Shown here: positions 23,350 to 37,865 of the stretch, one piece after another | Position numbering within the stretch: position 1 is the stretch's first letter | Layout of the letters: the number at the start of each line of letters is the position of its first letter | Origin: Raillietiella orientalis | Lineage: Eukaryota | Assembly: GCA_036172245.1 (NCBI GenBank) | Contig: JAYWIR010000024.1 | Location: forward strand, 496,001-560,000 | Length of the DNA: 64,000 bases | Direction: 5' to 3' | Position numbers and translations under genes: made by a program | Notes under the pieces: generated by a model | Seen by the model: only the letters and a program-made list of their open reading frames with translations | Databases searched by the model: none | Told to the model about the DNA's origin: nothing

Positions 23350-26250
23350 ATATTCTTATACTTGATTTACTTCCATCGATAACAGTGGAGAAGCTTGGAA
23401 CTTTCGACGTACCTTGTGATTCGTATGGTATTGATTTGAATATTTATCGGTGACCTTTTTGATTATCTGTCACCAAAGAGTACCCGAGTGCTGATATGGA
23501 AATTGGCATGTCAGCTTGTTTTGTTGCATTCTCGCGTGTCCAGTGTCCGCAAGACAGTCTTTTGGACCACGTCGAAAAAATAGCCAAGAGCAATAAAGAC
23601 GAGTCAGGTTACCTTTTTGTAAATGGCACCGTCTTCGTCATCGTGAAACGGCCTGTTTTTGCTGTTGTCTCTTGGTATTTTCCTAATTCCCTCAACAAAC
23701 AGTCCACATGACGGTCTGATCCACTCCGGCACCCGGCTTTAATGTCGACTTTCAAATTCAGGCCTCTTCCTTCATCAGCCTTGCCTCTAATCTCATTTCC
23801 ACACTTTCCTTATAGCTGGTTTACTTGTTTCGAATTATTCACTAAAGCGAATCGAAATTATGTTTCCTTTGCGAGGCACTAAGTGAAAATCCTTCCGGTT
23901 TGAGATCGCTTCAGCAATCTTGTCCCACTACGAACATTTCCAAACATCCAGGAATGGTTTGTCAATGTAGGAATCTACAAACTTCTTCCCAGACGCTTCT
24001 CCTTCCACCTGAACTTTGCCTTGCTGCACATCCCTGAGGCTTGTGGGTTGTAACTGGTAGCATCCCGCTTACAATCATCCTTTCCCTCAGATTGCCTTAT
24101 TCTCAATTTCCTACGTTACTTTGTTCCGAATTTAGTTAATTTGGGAGCTCTGTACTCAAGCACTAATCAGCCCATTCATTGAAGTCCTCTGAAGGGATCA
24201 ATCGATTCCCAGTAAGCAAATACTTCCCTCGATCCCATGCAAAGTCAATCCATTCCAGCCTGCTTCTTTCAACTTTGCTGAAGTGGTGACGAAGTGCAAG
24301 AAAATCCTCAATGCTGGAGGGATGGTTCTTCTCCCGAATGAGGAGCTCCTGTGGCATTCAATATCCTGCTTGGCAACACTGAGACTCACTCTTCAACTGG
24401 AAAACTTGGATCTTGTATTTATTTATGAATTCGTGGAGACGAATGGTCGGAAAATTGTAACCACGAGATGATCGAACTCTTCTTTGGATGGAAGTCGTGA
24501 AGACATGTGAATTAAAAATGTACTTGAAAAATGCATAAAAAAGTTCCATTTTCGACTCTTTGGTAAATTGGTTGAATTTCCGGAAATATTTTTCATAACC
24601 ACATAAAATGCCTAAAAGCATGAGGAGATCTGAAGTCTAGGAAAGTACTTATATAGACATATAATTGTGGAGTAATAATATATCTAGAAGCTCTACAGTT
24701 TTATAAACAAAGATTCGATGAAGGACGGCAAAAAACTTGATTAATAAAGAATTTTAAGCATGATATTTGAAATATATAAAAAAAAAATGATTTGTTTCTA
24801 AATAACAGCCCATAAAAGTTAGGAAGAAAAGGGACACTCACGTACAGAGACATCTGGCAAAAAGCTTCAAGTTCTCCGAAAATGTTTCAATGTCCTTTGC
24901 AGAAGAGTCAAAGGCACGATCAAAAATCCGTTGTATGGTAGAGCCAAGGATAATAAGGAAAGAAAGGAAAGGAAAAAGGAAACTGAATTCTCAAGAAAAT
25001 TTGAGTGAATTTTAAAAGTTAGCTCAGAATAAGGGGTGCTTTCTTAAATCTCAATAGGTATCACCGTACCGAGAAATCCATCTATGACAACTGCTAATGT
25101 GTTGAAAGAATGGACAGTCGGAAATTATCAAAGAATACATTTAGGTCATAATGAATCACCAGTGTTGATAAAACAGCAGATTTAGAAATGAAGAATTCTT
25201 TAAAGTTTTCCTTCAGATCACCAAAAATAATGGATAATTCCTGATCAGAAATCCTTCGTTAGTGATTATTGAGATGGAATTAATGAAAGCTTTTTTTCTT
25301 TCTGTTATTATTATATTTCAACCGAGATAGTTTTATCTGAAAGTCAAGTTCTAGGCAGAAGCAGTAGAACTGGTGCTAATTTGAGCTTTATCCTGAATAA
25401 CATGAATAAGTGCTTGTATAAGAGTGAGCCTATGGAAGTGTTTTGGACCAGCGGCGAGCATACAGCGATTTCCATGCACCATTCCCATGAAGATGAGATT
25501 TGCATTGGGATCTGATTTTCGATGGGATTCATTTTATACTCGTTGTCATTTTGCACATCATAATCATTTCCATTGAGTTTTCAGAATGCGTGCCTGTTCT
25601 TATTAAAAGAATGAAAAGCAAGAGTACTCTTTCTTTGAGACCTACATTCTTGTGCTGTAGGGGTTCTCAGATTCGTGAAATGATTCCCAGTCAAGGTGGT
25701 TATTCACCACTGCTTTTTACTTTGCAAACACTGTGTCCAAAGTAGTCAAGTGCAAACAAGTATTGCATTTTGAATCTAGAAGCTTTAAGAGAACAAGTGT
25801 GTTTACTTGATTACCTTTAAATATGTAGCAAGGTTGTTTGAACAGACAAATCTGTCCATGGAAATACGAAGCTTTAATGTATCCGCAGAATGGCCGTTTT
25901 TCCTCTCTCTCTTCCTTATATTTCTCACGTGCAAGTTCTAAATTTTTTATCTGGAACACATCAAAAAGTGGATTAAAGGATAAGAGTTTGCTAGAAATGA
26001 TGACAATCCGTACCTTATGTTTTAAACCATGTAATCAAATAGTACCTGAATAATAGATAATTCCTGTAGACAGCAACGGTTTTTAGGATTAAAGCATGTA
26101 TGATACAATTATAGAAGGAGCCGTTGTCCAGCAAATGCAATTTTTCGGTCATTTTTGAAATGAGAGTCGACAGCAACTTCTGTGAAAGTATTTGTAAACT
26201 GCAATTTTATAAAGAGATAGAAAAATCAAGGCTTCTAATCGAGTTAGACT
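23350..26250 (+). mobile_element. Decayed Tx1-like element 5' half (ORF1 and endonuclease)
   Basis: ORF1-like VEKIAK..LFVNGTVFVIVK..FPNSL (23496-23711) followed by a CFLC knuckle remnant (~23861); endonuclease-like GGMVLL..VFIYE (~24316-24430); PWKY (WKLN-like, ~25856). Boundaries approximate. Confidence 0.45.
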
Positions 26251-27105
26251 TTCGAATAGATGAATAGGATAGTGTATAGGGTATAGATAAATAGAATAGT
26301 GTATCCCTTTCGAAAAGTGCATGGGGTAGAAGCATAAATGCACTTCGGTATGTTCAAAACATCGATTTTGAGCAGAAAGTCCTTATGTCTTCACGGGAAC
26401 CAAAAGTCGACACGAATAGAACACACAAATATGAGAGTGAATTGAACTCAGTTTCTGTTCCACAGATCATAAAATTTCCATACTCACAGTATATTTTGAG
26501 ACGATAACTAGAAGCGTTTCTTTAAAAATTGTTTAAGCGTTTTTTTTTTTTTTTTTTGCCTCCTTTTTATATGAGATGTGTGCTCAGTACCTTTGCTTTG
26601 TGAATCCCTCAAATATTTGTGCAAAATGCTGGCAGAACGCATCGTAAATTATTCAGTAAGTGTGAAATCTCAACCAATATCAGTAATAAAAATGATTTCA
26701 AAGTAATGGAACCTCTAAATTTCAAATGGAATAGAAAGAACTGAGTTGAAATCATCAAAAGTCCACTTTCTTGTCCCTCCAAGACCCAATTCACTTGATC
26801 GTGGATGCATATTCTAGATGAAACTAGTGAATTTATCACGTGTTATAAGGATGATCGTATTTCGTTTTTCATGTGTGCTCATTACCGTATCGAAAAGGGA
26901 TGTATGGCGACCAGAAATCAGGGAGAAAAAATACCGTGCCGAGTGAAGTGAAAAGTATTTTTGGAAATGCGAGGACGAAAACGGTGTTCCGGCGTTGCTT
27001 TGGGAGTGTCACTTTGTACGAACCCTTGGACCTGAATTCATTCTAATGGATTTTTTTTTTCTTTTTAAGAAAAGAAAATGTATGCATAGGGTGTATGAGA
27101 AATGT

Positions 27106-27480
27106 TCAAAATATCCGGAAGTGAAGGACCACATTCCGATCCTGGTATGCAGAACTGTCAACAACTAGTTCGTGAAGAAGAAGAAGAAGAAGAAAAGGCT
27201 TGTGCAATCCAGTTATCAGAGGGGTAAAGAATTTATTCCGAATCGGTTCTTCTACCACAAAGTCCAAGCTTAAAGAATCCATCCCTTGAACACTGGTGTT
27301 ATAAGCAACTCCAGAAGTGTTTGATTGCTGCAGCCCGGGAACGCAGCATTTGAATTTTTCGGTGATTCGAATTGTCGGGCCTACGAGAGAAACTGCGCGA
27401 AGTGAAACCTCCCATCGCAAAACTTTCAAGCCAAGATAACAAGCACCATAAGTAATCAAACACCAAGGAGTAGTAATTCA
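27106..27480 (-). mobile_element. Decayed non-LTR post-RT (thumb) fragment
   Basis: CYLGLK...RWEVSLRAVSLVG matches the YLG...WxxxxLSLxG pattern of L1-clade ORF2. Confidence 0.5.
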
Positions 27481-28196
27481 GGAAGAAAGAAGTAATAATG
27501 ATTAATTGTAGTAGACCCTATGTGAGTAAGTAGAATACCGCTGTATGCCTAAATGTTGAGTTACACTCTTATGTCTCCCTGTAGTTTTGCCCATTCATGA
27601 GTTTTGTAAGGTGAATTGAATGAAATATATAAAAATACAAACGCTCACGTCGTCCAATTAACAGCACATTCGTGAACACATTGTAGTATCTTTTATCTGC
27701 GGTTACAAGTGTCGCAAGCATATCTTTTATGAAGTGGTTTATAAGAGGCATTATTATAATTGGCACGAAAATAATTTTCTTATATGAAAGTTTGAACTTG
27801 CTAGCTTGTAGAAACCCCATTATTGCAAATAACCCAAATTTCCATGTTAAAGCACAGCGAAATAAAGTGAAGATGCAAACTGATGCATTGTTCTTCAAAA
27901 CGTAATAAGATGAGTGACTCATGAAAAATACTCATGACTTCGAGAAAAATTATGTATCAAATAATACAATGGAGAAAGTCCGTTTTATAATTGTCAGTTG
28001 AATGTCGTAAATGTATGCATGGAATAGAATTTTTTAAATTCAGTCATTACAGGAAACAAGTATACTGCAAAATGCTGGTCATGTTTTGATCGATCCTATG
28101 AGTGAAATAAACAGGATCTTTGGGAATTGACTTCGAAGCATTGGATCCGGAATTGTCGAAACATTTATTAGTTATTTTAAAGTTGGCTTCATTAAA

Positions 28197-29957
28197 ATGT
28201 CCAAATCCAAGGATAAAATCATTAAATCAAGGTTGGTACATTTAACTATTGTTTATTGTTCATTGCTGATTACAGGAAAAATTCAAGCACTGGTTTATGG
28301 CTGACCGTTTTATTACCTATAGTTTTGCTTAGTATAGATTATCAGATGAAAACTGTCTCTTTTGCTGCCTTGATTAGTTGTTTTACGATGCTATCTGGAA
28401 TATCTTGGTTTTATTTAGCAACAACTGTAAAGATATCTTCAACATATGCCAATGATTTAAGCAAAGAAGCCAGTATATTAAATCATGTATTTATTATATT
28501 AGGAATTTCATTTCTGGCATACTTGTTCATAGAACAAGGTAAGTTGAATGTAGAATTATTTTATGTAACTAATTATGTGGCATTTTGTTATATTCCAGAT
28601 TGCCTGTATTTATTAGCTGTTTCTGGCATATCCCATTTATTGTTTGTAACATTGTGCAAGCATATTTTGCGCAGGGCTAGCAGCAGTTTCAGTCTAGGAG
28701 AATTGTATATAGTTGTTCAAGGAATTGTCATCTTTGTTATAAACAGTGCTCATCAGCTGTGGTTTCACATTCAGTTATCACAAAATTCTGTTACTGGTCA
28801 AATGACTTTGATGTTCCAGGTAAGTTTCTGATGCTTAACATGTTTATTAAGATTCTCTTTCTAACACAAAGGTCCTTTTCATGTTCTATGGATTGACTTT
28901 ATTTTTATTAAATTTAATACCTATGAAGCCTCTAGTCATGATGATCTCCCTTAAACTGATCAGTTTACTTGCCATCTGTATCACTTCACAAGTTTTGAAT
29001 GCAAATTTGGTTAGCTGGGTAACCACATTTTTATTGCAAAATCCTCTGAGGGTAGATAAATAGATCTAAGTCTTGATTCTAAATATATAGGTATTCTAGA
29101 GGTGGCTTTTGTCGTATTCAATTGTCATGATAATTCTTGCCCTAACCCTTGTGATTTCTGGATGGCTTTCATGGGTTCATTTGAATATACGTCGCAAATA
29201 TTTTCATTATTTGATGGTTGCTGTATACATCCCAGGTGTTTTGTATGATCCAGAGTTCTTATATTTAACTTCTGGATTTCTCCTATTAGTGTTTTTCATC
29301 ATCGAGGTAAGAAGAAACTCATTTTAGGAATTGATTTATTGCCTTTTCAGTTTTTACGAGTGAATAGGATACCAATTGTGTCAAATACAATGAACCAAAT
29401 GATGAGCAGTTATTTGGATTCTAAAGACCAAGGACTTTTGGTACTTTCTCACATTTACTTGTTAGTTGGATGTACATTGCCTTTGTGGTTGTGGCCACAT
29501 GATTTGAATTCTTCATGGGATTCAGTTGAACGGATCACCTTCCAACTTAGTGGTATTTTCAGTTTGGGTATCGGAGATGCTGTAGCTGCTACAGGAGGCA
29601 TATTGTGGGGTGCCCATAGATGGCCAAGTTGGTATATTTACAATAAACTTGTAATCTATACTTTGTTTATCACAGAAACAAAGAAAACTTTAGAGGGTAC
29701 ATTCTTCAGCATTGTAGCCCAACTGGCTGTGCTGTTTTTGCTCATTTATTCAGGTTTGCAAATTACAACTAGCATGGGGAGTGATCTGTTATTTAGGTGC
29801 AGTTTACTTATCACATGGACAGATGATCACAAATATAGTAGCAATTACAGTGTCAGCCATCTCAGAAGCTTTCACTGACCAAGTAGACAATCTTGTGTTA
29901 CCACTGATCATGATGGGTACAATCACTCTATCTAATGCATTGCAGATTTCATCTTAA
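28197..29957 (+). CDS. DOLK: Dolichol kinase (8 exons)
   Basis: Exons 28197-28231, 28276-28538, 28599-28819, 28872-29051, 29100-29306, 29351-29627, 29676-29753, 29797-29957 (GT-AG, phase-consistent). Family motifs: SFSLGE, IRRKYFHYL, DSKDQGLLVLSHIYLLVGCTLPLW, LGIGDAVA, TKKTLEGT, EAFTDQVDNLVLPL. Confidence 0.95.
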
Positions 29958-31906
29958 CACTAGTCATACAAAAAAAAAAAAAAACCTACAGCGGTTTTTT
30001 TGTTGTAAGTTTTGCTTGAGCAGTTCATTCTGAATTCCTAGCTTTATTTTTTAGAAATAAGGATAAAGTTTAGATTAGCGAAATTGGAATTATTTTTTTT
30101 GAATTGAGTATATTCTTAAAATATTTTAGAACTATGTAATATATACAATTAGAACCAAATTTTCAGAATATATTTCTATTAAATTTATGAAACTTAAGAT
30201 TAATTATTTTGAAATGTGTTTATAATTTTTCTTTTCAAGAAGCAAGCTATAATTTCATTATAACTAATCTTAGTTTTTGGCATCACCACATTTGAATGTA
30301 TTAAATCCAAATAAATTTTTTCAAATTTGGAATTCATTAAAACATTCAAGCATGATTTTTTTGTTGTGAAAACACTACAAAGGACATGTTGGATGCACAT
30401 AAGCTGCATGATTCAGTTTGGCAACTTGAGAAGTAAGCCTGTTCAGGTATACTTACATAATAGTGCATTAATAGTTTCATACTTTCATGCTCTAGAAATT
30501 GAAAGAAATCTGAATTGAAAGAAGTTTACTATGAAATTCTTTTATAGAAAATGCGTCAATACTGTTTTTTCAATAGGTGATTGATCTGTATAGTGCAAGT
30601 TGATAATTTACTGCACCACCAAAGTAGCATTGCCTGATTTCCTATTATTTTGTTTCAGGGTTACATGCATGTTCTTAATTAATTCTAGGGAGTAGAATTA
30701 AATCATTACATACAGGATCATCTGTTTCATATACATGTTTTTTATCAGGGTGGGAATTTCGACAATTAAGAAACAATCTGAGTGGCATGAAGGTGTGAAT
30801 CAAGTCATAGCAACCAAGAAATCAGTAAAGTAACTAAGGATGCATATGAACACACATTTATCTGTAATGCTAGATCGAAGAACGTGCATCTCATTATACA
30901 AGAATCGTAGAAATTGTTACCTTCTTTTTTTGTTACTATGAATCCAAAATAAACGTGTGAAACCTGGGTATAGTCCTTCAGAACACTACAGCAAAATAAA
31001 AAATGTCGTTTTTGATAGTAGTTTCAATATCGTTAATAAGTTTTTTACTTTTGAGAAATGGCACAAAGTGCCCAAGACTTGTCAGAAGTTTTGAATTGAA
31101 GATTTTTGAACCGATATTTTCGGAGACTGTTGAGATTGAGATTATCAGATAAGGGAACTGTGTGCTTGGGAACTCTCAAGTTAGTGGCAGTCCATGTAGT
31201 TTGATTTTAAAACGTATGATAACTTCGCTGTAGTCCATATTCATCCAAATGAAAAATATTTTCGTGGGTGCCATTCAATAAGTTGCCGTGTTTTAAATTT
31301 ATAACATGTATGAAATTCATGAAAGCATAAGGAATATGAAATTAACAAAAAATTGTAATCTCAACATCTTGCAGAGACTAATGTGATTCCCATTTGTTTA
31401 TTGATAAACATAACTGTAATTTGTTAACCAGTAAACACAACAAATGAAAATGTTATAAGCATGGACTGTGTTATGTTTTTCCACATAACATCAAATTTCA
31501 CTATGGTATTATCTCTCAGTTTGGATATCGGATTACGAGTTCTAATTTATATTGAACGTTATCTGAAATAAAAACATGCACAATTAGCTTGCATGTATGA
31601 GTTTTCTCCATGTTAGTAGTGTAAAGGCTCGTTTGGTGTTTTGGCATCATATCTATTCCTTGAATTAGCATGTTTGTGTTCAAACTTTTGTATGTGCACA
31701 TTTGTTTTTCTGTTACCTATGACTGATTCGAACATTGTGGGACATGCTGGTTATAGCATCTATCATTAGTGATCGCTTATGGGAGTGTCAGTACATTAAT
31801 GAGTATCCATTAAAGGTTGATAAGGCTAACCCCATCATCTAAATTTAAAGTCTGTTTTCCACATTTCGGCAGATTATTTACTACTGAAAATTAATGCTCA
31901 TAATAG

Positions 31907-31956
31907 CCCTAATTTATAGTTTTTGATGTTCTCACATTAAAAACTATAAATTAGGG
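31907..31956. repeat. 23-bp inverted repeat (one G-T mismatch), 4-nt loop
   Basis: CCCTAATTTATAGTTTTTGATGT-tctc-ACATTAAAAACTATAAATTAGGG. Confidence 0.9.
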
Positions 31957-33813
31957 TTTTATTTATCTCCTAGTTATAAAGGCTGATTGCTTGGGCACAA
32001 TTTTCTTTGGGTCCAACAAGTGGTGGGGTGAATTTATTGAACTGCATAACCTTTAGAAAAACAAAGATATAAACGCAGTGTGCATTCACAATTCTTTAGG
32101 AAGTCCACACTGATGATTGCACTCCAGTTCTTCATTCCATAACTCACAATTACTTTGTTTACTTCACAATCTTCTCATTCAGGAATGGGGGATATTAGGG
32201 TGACCTTGTTTGTTTTGTTTGGCTGCTTGCTGTTTTTGCAAAATACACTTCAGTGTCCAGGTCAAGACCCTTATGCAGCTGCAGATCCCAATTTTCTTCA
32301 TCATTAGTGCTTGCAATATTTCTGTTGCTGGCACATTCTTCCCTTGGAGAAGTTTTCATGCTACTGTGATGCTCGTGATGAAGAAAGCTGGGAATGCTTG
32401 AGCCATGGGATGTATGCAGGAACCATTCCATCATCGTGGAAAATGCTGCTCAGGATTTCTATCTTAAACCTGTCCTGAAAGCCTGTCACATGTTACACTA
32501 TTCTCCAGTAACGGATCAAGGTTCAGCAATGAACATGTACTGATTGCTTTAGCAGTCTCCAGTTCTCTATGATTGCCATAGAAAATTTCCTTTGTGCAAC
32601 AAATTCTCAAGGGTCATAACTAAACAACCCACTAAAGTAATTATAATAATTACTTTAGTGGGTCCAACAGGGGAATCTTCAAGGCAAGATTCAATTTAAT
32701 CGTATCTGCTCTCTACATATTTAGAAATACCTATTTAATTTCTTAAAAATAGGAGTGCTTTTTTCTTAGATGTCTATGAAATCAAAAAACTTGTTGCTTC
32801 TAGCAACATAGATTTCTGTGAATATTAGATTAGGCTTTCTTTTTTATTTTTTCTAATGAAATACTTCTCAGTTAGCTTCTTTGAGCACTGCTGCATGCAA
32901 AACTCTCTCAGCTGCTATTAAAGGGCTTCCTAATACGTACTTGTTTTCATGGATTGTAAAATCATAATATTAAGCATTTATTAGAAAGCACCTTGCTGTC
33001 CATCAACAAACTAAGCATTATCCTGCAAAGGAAGGTAAGGTCAATTGAGTTATGCAAAAGGAAAGTTAATGTGCTTACACTACAAAAACTATGCCTTATA
33101 ATAACTATGTAATAACTACACGTTAGTAGAGTTTTACCAGGTAAAAATCATGGATTAGGATTTATGGGGCGTTGATACTTTTTCTTGAGTGCACTGCAGA
33201 CTTTAGGAAAAATTACAGTGTGTAAAAAGCATTGCACCTTGTTTTTTTTTTGTAAAGTGAATTTTTAAAATCACTAAGTGACTTCACAGTATGCATGTAA
33301 AGCATTTAATGTCAAAACCGTCAATTAAATGCATAGATTACAGTGGCAATTCATGATTCAAGTAACACGCAGTAACTTGAAGTTGATGTAGAATAAGCAT
33401 AAAAATCAGTTCATGTAAGCAATTATCTTGAAATACTTTAAACATTTTATAACTGTTTTGTTTTCCTTTTACATTAAAGATAAAAACTGCTACATACTAG
33501 TGAAACTTTGCAGTAATGTGCAGGTTATTAAACATAAAATTTGTTAAATTGCAATCTGAAAATTCCAAACAAAAATGGGAGTTTAGCAATCAATAATCTT
33601 CCACATTCAAAGTTCCAAAAATACTTTCAATATGCTCCCCCCCCCCCTAATAAATGGCAAAAGAAAATGCAATGCATGCATTTAATTATCACTATTACAG
33701 GTTTGCTAACTCCTTAATTACAAACTAGATTTAATTATCATAGCATTCATAATGCAATTTCAACAGTTCATAATGAAATCTATAAGAAATAAAAACTTCG
33801 TGCTTGCTTCTTT

Positions 33814-35489
33814 TTATTTCTGATGTTTAGTATGCATTTTTTTTTTTTTGTGCTTATGAGAATGTTTTCTAGTTGAGGCATCATGTCTGTGAGAAATGCT
33901 TTTATCAGACCTGTGCTTTTTTCTTTGTTTGCTTGAGCTATGGCACTTACTGTCTTCATGAAAAGACTTATTGTGGTCACATTTTCTGTTTTGCTTACTC
34001 TAAAACATTCAACTGTTCACACATTCTAAAAATCCTTGCTTACATTACTAGAATGGTGCTTTGATGAACGTAAAGCTCTGTGACTTGAGTTATCAGTTTT
34101 GCTGGTGGAGTCATGATGTTTTTCAAATTCCCGTTTTGCATTTTCATCTTTGTACTCAACACCTTGACCTTATAAAAAATTTAAAAAATAATCTGAAGAA
34201 TCAATATCACCTTTTCCTTTCCATTTTACTTTAGCTACACTCTGGCTGAAATCAACATGAATGCGACGATCATCTATGAGTACATTATCCATTTTGAAAT
34301 ATGCATCCTCACAACTAGCAGCTGATTCGAATTCCACAAACCCATACTGTAAAGAATCTCCTGTTTTCCAATCTCTAATGATTTCACAACTGTTCTAGCA
34401 AGATACGAAAAAAATTTTGATAATTATATGATTATAAAAACTTTGCATCAACCTTTGAATTCTTCCAAATCTACTGAATATAATCTCTAAATCTTCATCA
34501 GTTGTGACTGGATTCAATTTACAAACAAACAAAACATTGCTAGGTGGACGAACACCTGCATCAGGAATGTCACCAATCATTTCCAATAGGGTGGCTCTGG
34601 CTCTTGCCTCTCTGTCTTTGAGTTCTTCTTCTATCTGTTCAATAGTTTTCCCTTTTGTATCATCAATCTCTTCATCAGCACCAATATAAGTGCTCTAAAA
34701 ATAATATATTAAAGCATCCTGCTTTCAAGAATGCTAACAACTTTGCATTCTTACTTTCAACTGCTCTGGAGTTGGTTTGGGAGAATGATCAGGAAAGCAG
34801 AGTCCAGCTGGATCATCAAATGGATCATCGATGATAATGGTATGAGAAATTCTATTATTCATGAAATGTGAATATTAGAAAATCTTGGGAATACCTTATA
34901 TCTTGGTATGGACGATTAGCTTGACTGCATAAAGACTGATTGATTTTGTGAATGGTATCTATACCTTCAGTAACCTCCCCAAAAACTGTGTGTGTCCCAT
35001 CAAGATAATCAAGATCTTCAGCTAAGGTGAAGAAGAATTGAGAACCATGCCTACAAAATACTTCTGATATCAATAATAAAAGTTACAACTCACATGTCAT
35101 TGGTGTTATTCACCATGGAAACTGTTCCTAATTTACGGTGTTTAATTTTTGGCACTATTTCAGCCTCAAAAAATTTTGCTTGTTCCCCATACAAAAAACT
35201 ATTTAAAGCATTAGTTGAAACAAATCACTTTTTCTCACTAAAAAATTGATTCCCCTCCTCTTCCAGTACCTGATGGATCACCAGTTTGTGCTATAAAATT
35301 TTGTTGCACATAGTGGAAAAGGCAATAATTGTAATACTTCATTTTACATAGCTTCAAAAAATTCAAACAAGCTGAATTTTAATTTAAAATGTACAAATAA
35401 AGTAATCACGTGTGGATACCTCTAGGTCTTTCCTTGATGTAAAGATCCACAACTACATCTCCCATTGTGGTTTCAATTAGAACACTCAT
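33814..35489 (-). CDS. PPIL4: Peptidyl-prolyl isomerase-like 4 (cyclophilin + RRM + basic tail; 9 exons)
   Basis: Exons 35489-35420, 35371-35239, 35198-35094, 35050-34895, 34851-34755, 34694-34453, 34389-34211, 34168-34044, 33999-33814. [76 protein letters not shown] and [13 protein letters not shown] are PPIL4 hallmarks. Confidence 0.96.
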
Positions 35490-37099
35490 CGTTTGTGATG
35501 TTCGTATACTTCAATAATTCCACTGGCTTTCAGGAACTTTCTTCATACTGTATTCAAGATGGCAGTTGCATGATGTGAATAACAGATGAAATACTGCTAC
35601 ACCTAAAATTGAATTTTTGTCACTATAAAGCTCTGAAGACTTCACAACATGTCCGGCTTTTTTTCATTAACATCTACCAGTAATATTGAAATTATAAACT
35701 TAGGCCTATCTAAGAACTATTTTTTTTGTTATTCCATGAACCAAACAAAACACATACCCAAAGGCCGAATTTTCGCTAGTTTTTCAAGGGTATTTAGATA
35801 CATATCTGCAACTTATCCTTCATAAAGCTTGCCATCTGAATAGTTACAAATGTTTCTTGTATTGACTCTATTTACAAATTCTGGAACTTGTATAAACAAA
35901 TTAATTTCAAAAACCAACAGCGACAAATTTCTTTTTTTTTCAAATCTGCTTTCCGTTTTAACAGCCCTAGAAATCACACACGCAATCGTTACACGAAACT
36001 TGTCGCTATGTACTACAAAAGGTATTTTTTCGTTTCTTGGGCACAGAAACTTGAAGGCATCAACATGATTACACTAGGCTTTATTTTGTAAACCCATGAT
36101 ATTTTATTGCAATTAGTAATGAACGTGAAGACCATTCCAGCATGGTTCGAATACATATGCAAAAAAAAAAATTATTCAAAAAATGGCTCAATATCCCAGT
36201 CATGTGTTAGCTCACAACGTAGTATATTTATTTCTTTACTCTGAATTTCTCATTTTAATTTACTTCCGTTGTTTTTCACTTCAAAGAGGCCAAATTTAAT
36301 TTTTACCATAAGTCAACTGAAAAAGCGAACCGAGTAGTGAAGCAAGCAAGCAAAAAATTCTAAAAATTGCCACCATTCACTTGTTATCATGCACTTATGT
36401 TAATGCAGTTATTCGAATATCGAATATCGCAATGGATATTTCATCCTTTTGCACAATTCAAATGATTTTAAAAGATGAGACATGAGCAGAGGTGCAAAGT
36501 CCACAGCATAGTACAGAATCCTACTAAGATACAAGAAAAATAAAGGGATCGTATGATGCCATTAGTAACGACTTTGTTGTGAAAAAAACCGTTAATTTTG
36601 AAGCAAAAAGTTAATAATAAATGGTATGCCATATTATTGAACTTATTGGACATGCAAATATAAATCACAGATACGGCTTTGTCACACCTGTGGTAAAACT
36701 CATTGGCACTAGTTGTGTGTTGAAATAAGGTGATATTGAGGGAGAAAGGCAATGTTTTAACAGTAGTTATTAATTTCTTTCTGTCGATACAGGAGGCACA
36801 AATGAAAAGACTGTAAGAAATTATAGAGAAAATATGAAATATGAATAGCAAATTTCTAGGTTAAAAATCGAAATAAAAGAGTTATCAACAATATCAGTAA
36901 TTAATTTCGCACTGTCAAAGGGAACGTCATTTTAAAAAATGACTGCATCTGTTTTTGAAGTAATTGCATTACAGTAACATTAGGGAATTGCAGTATTTGT
37001 GAGTTTAGACTTTAGATGTGCGATATTCGCATCTTTAATACTTTTTAAAAAATTTCTTCTAAGCCTTCCATCACTAATTCACAAAAAATCTCCGGCAAA

Positions 37100-37865
37100 G
37101 TCGAGTCACGCTATCGTACTTTGCCTGGTTGCCCTACCCGGTTCCCCCTCCTGATTAGCACGTCAAACACGTGAGACAGCCGTTAAAAAAGTTAGCGCAC
37201 TGCTCCATGTCACACCCAAGTATCCCGATAAAGTGAGGGGAAGGTCTAGGTGTCCCATTAGCTCCAAGAGGAGCTTCTGGTCGACGCAGTCGAATGCTTG
37301 CTGAAGATGGACTGCGACCACCAGAACTCGCGGATTTTTTCCCGCATGATGACAGTCCTTCGCGAGAGCAGATTGGGCTGTCGCTGAACTTTGGTCTTTG
37401 CCTGCATGCAACCGTTATAACCTAAAACAGGACTGTGCGAAGATGTCAGACTTCATGCTTCGACCGGGTAGGATGGCTCCGAGATAATCAAGGCATCTGC
37501 CACAACCGCATCGTAGCCGCGCGGTCTACACTTGGGAGAACAGCTTGATGTCCTAATTCGCCAAGGCAATCGGACGCCAGTTGCTTAGGCTGCGAAGATC
37601 GCCTTTTGCAAAGCGAAAATAGTCTGGGAAGACCGGAGACTTCAGCGCATGGAGTTGGAGTACTAGAAATCCTTCGCGAAGAATCTGAAGAACTCCGCGT
37701 GTCGACAGTTCTCCTCTGGTGCTTTTCTAGTTTTTAAAGATGTGAGGACACTACGTACCTGGTCTATGGAGAAGGGTATGTCCAGGCGCGATCGCCCCAC
37801 CTCACCTATTATTGAATCCCCTTCTGGTATTAACAGTTGCGAGGTTGTGCTGTCCGGGGTCATTC
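37100..37865 (-). mobile_element. Non-LTR retrotransposon RT segment (inverted relative to the adjacent 3' segment)
   Basis: LKTRKAPEEN (KAPGPDG-like), SNWRPIALAN, HLQQAFDCVD and IRRGNRVGQP (RGVRQG-like) in correct order on the minus strand. Confidence 0.85.

Noticed and set aside
32195..32600. Possible CR1/L2-type RT relic (QAFRTG) on the minus strand
   Set aside because: Only one or two very degenerate motifs; not supportable without a profile search.
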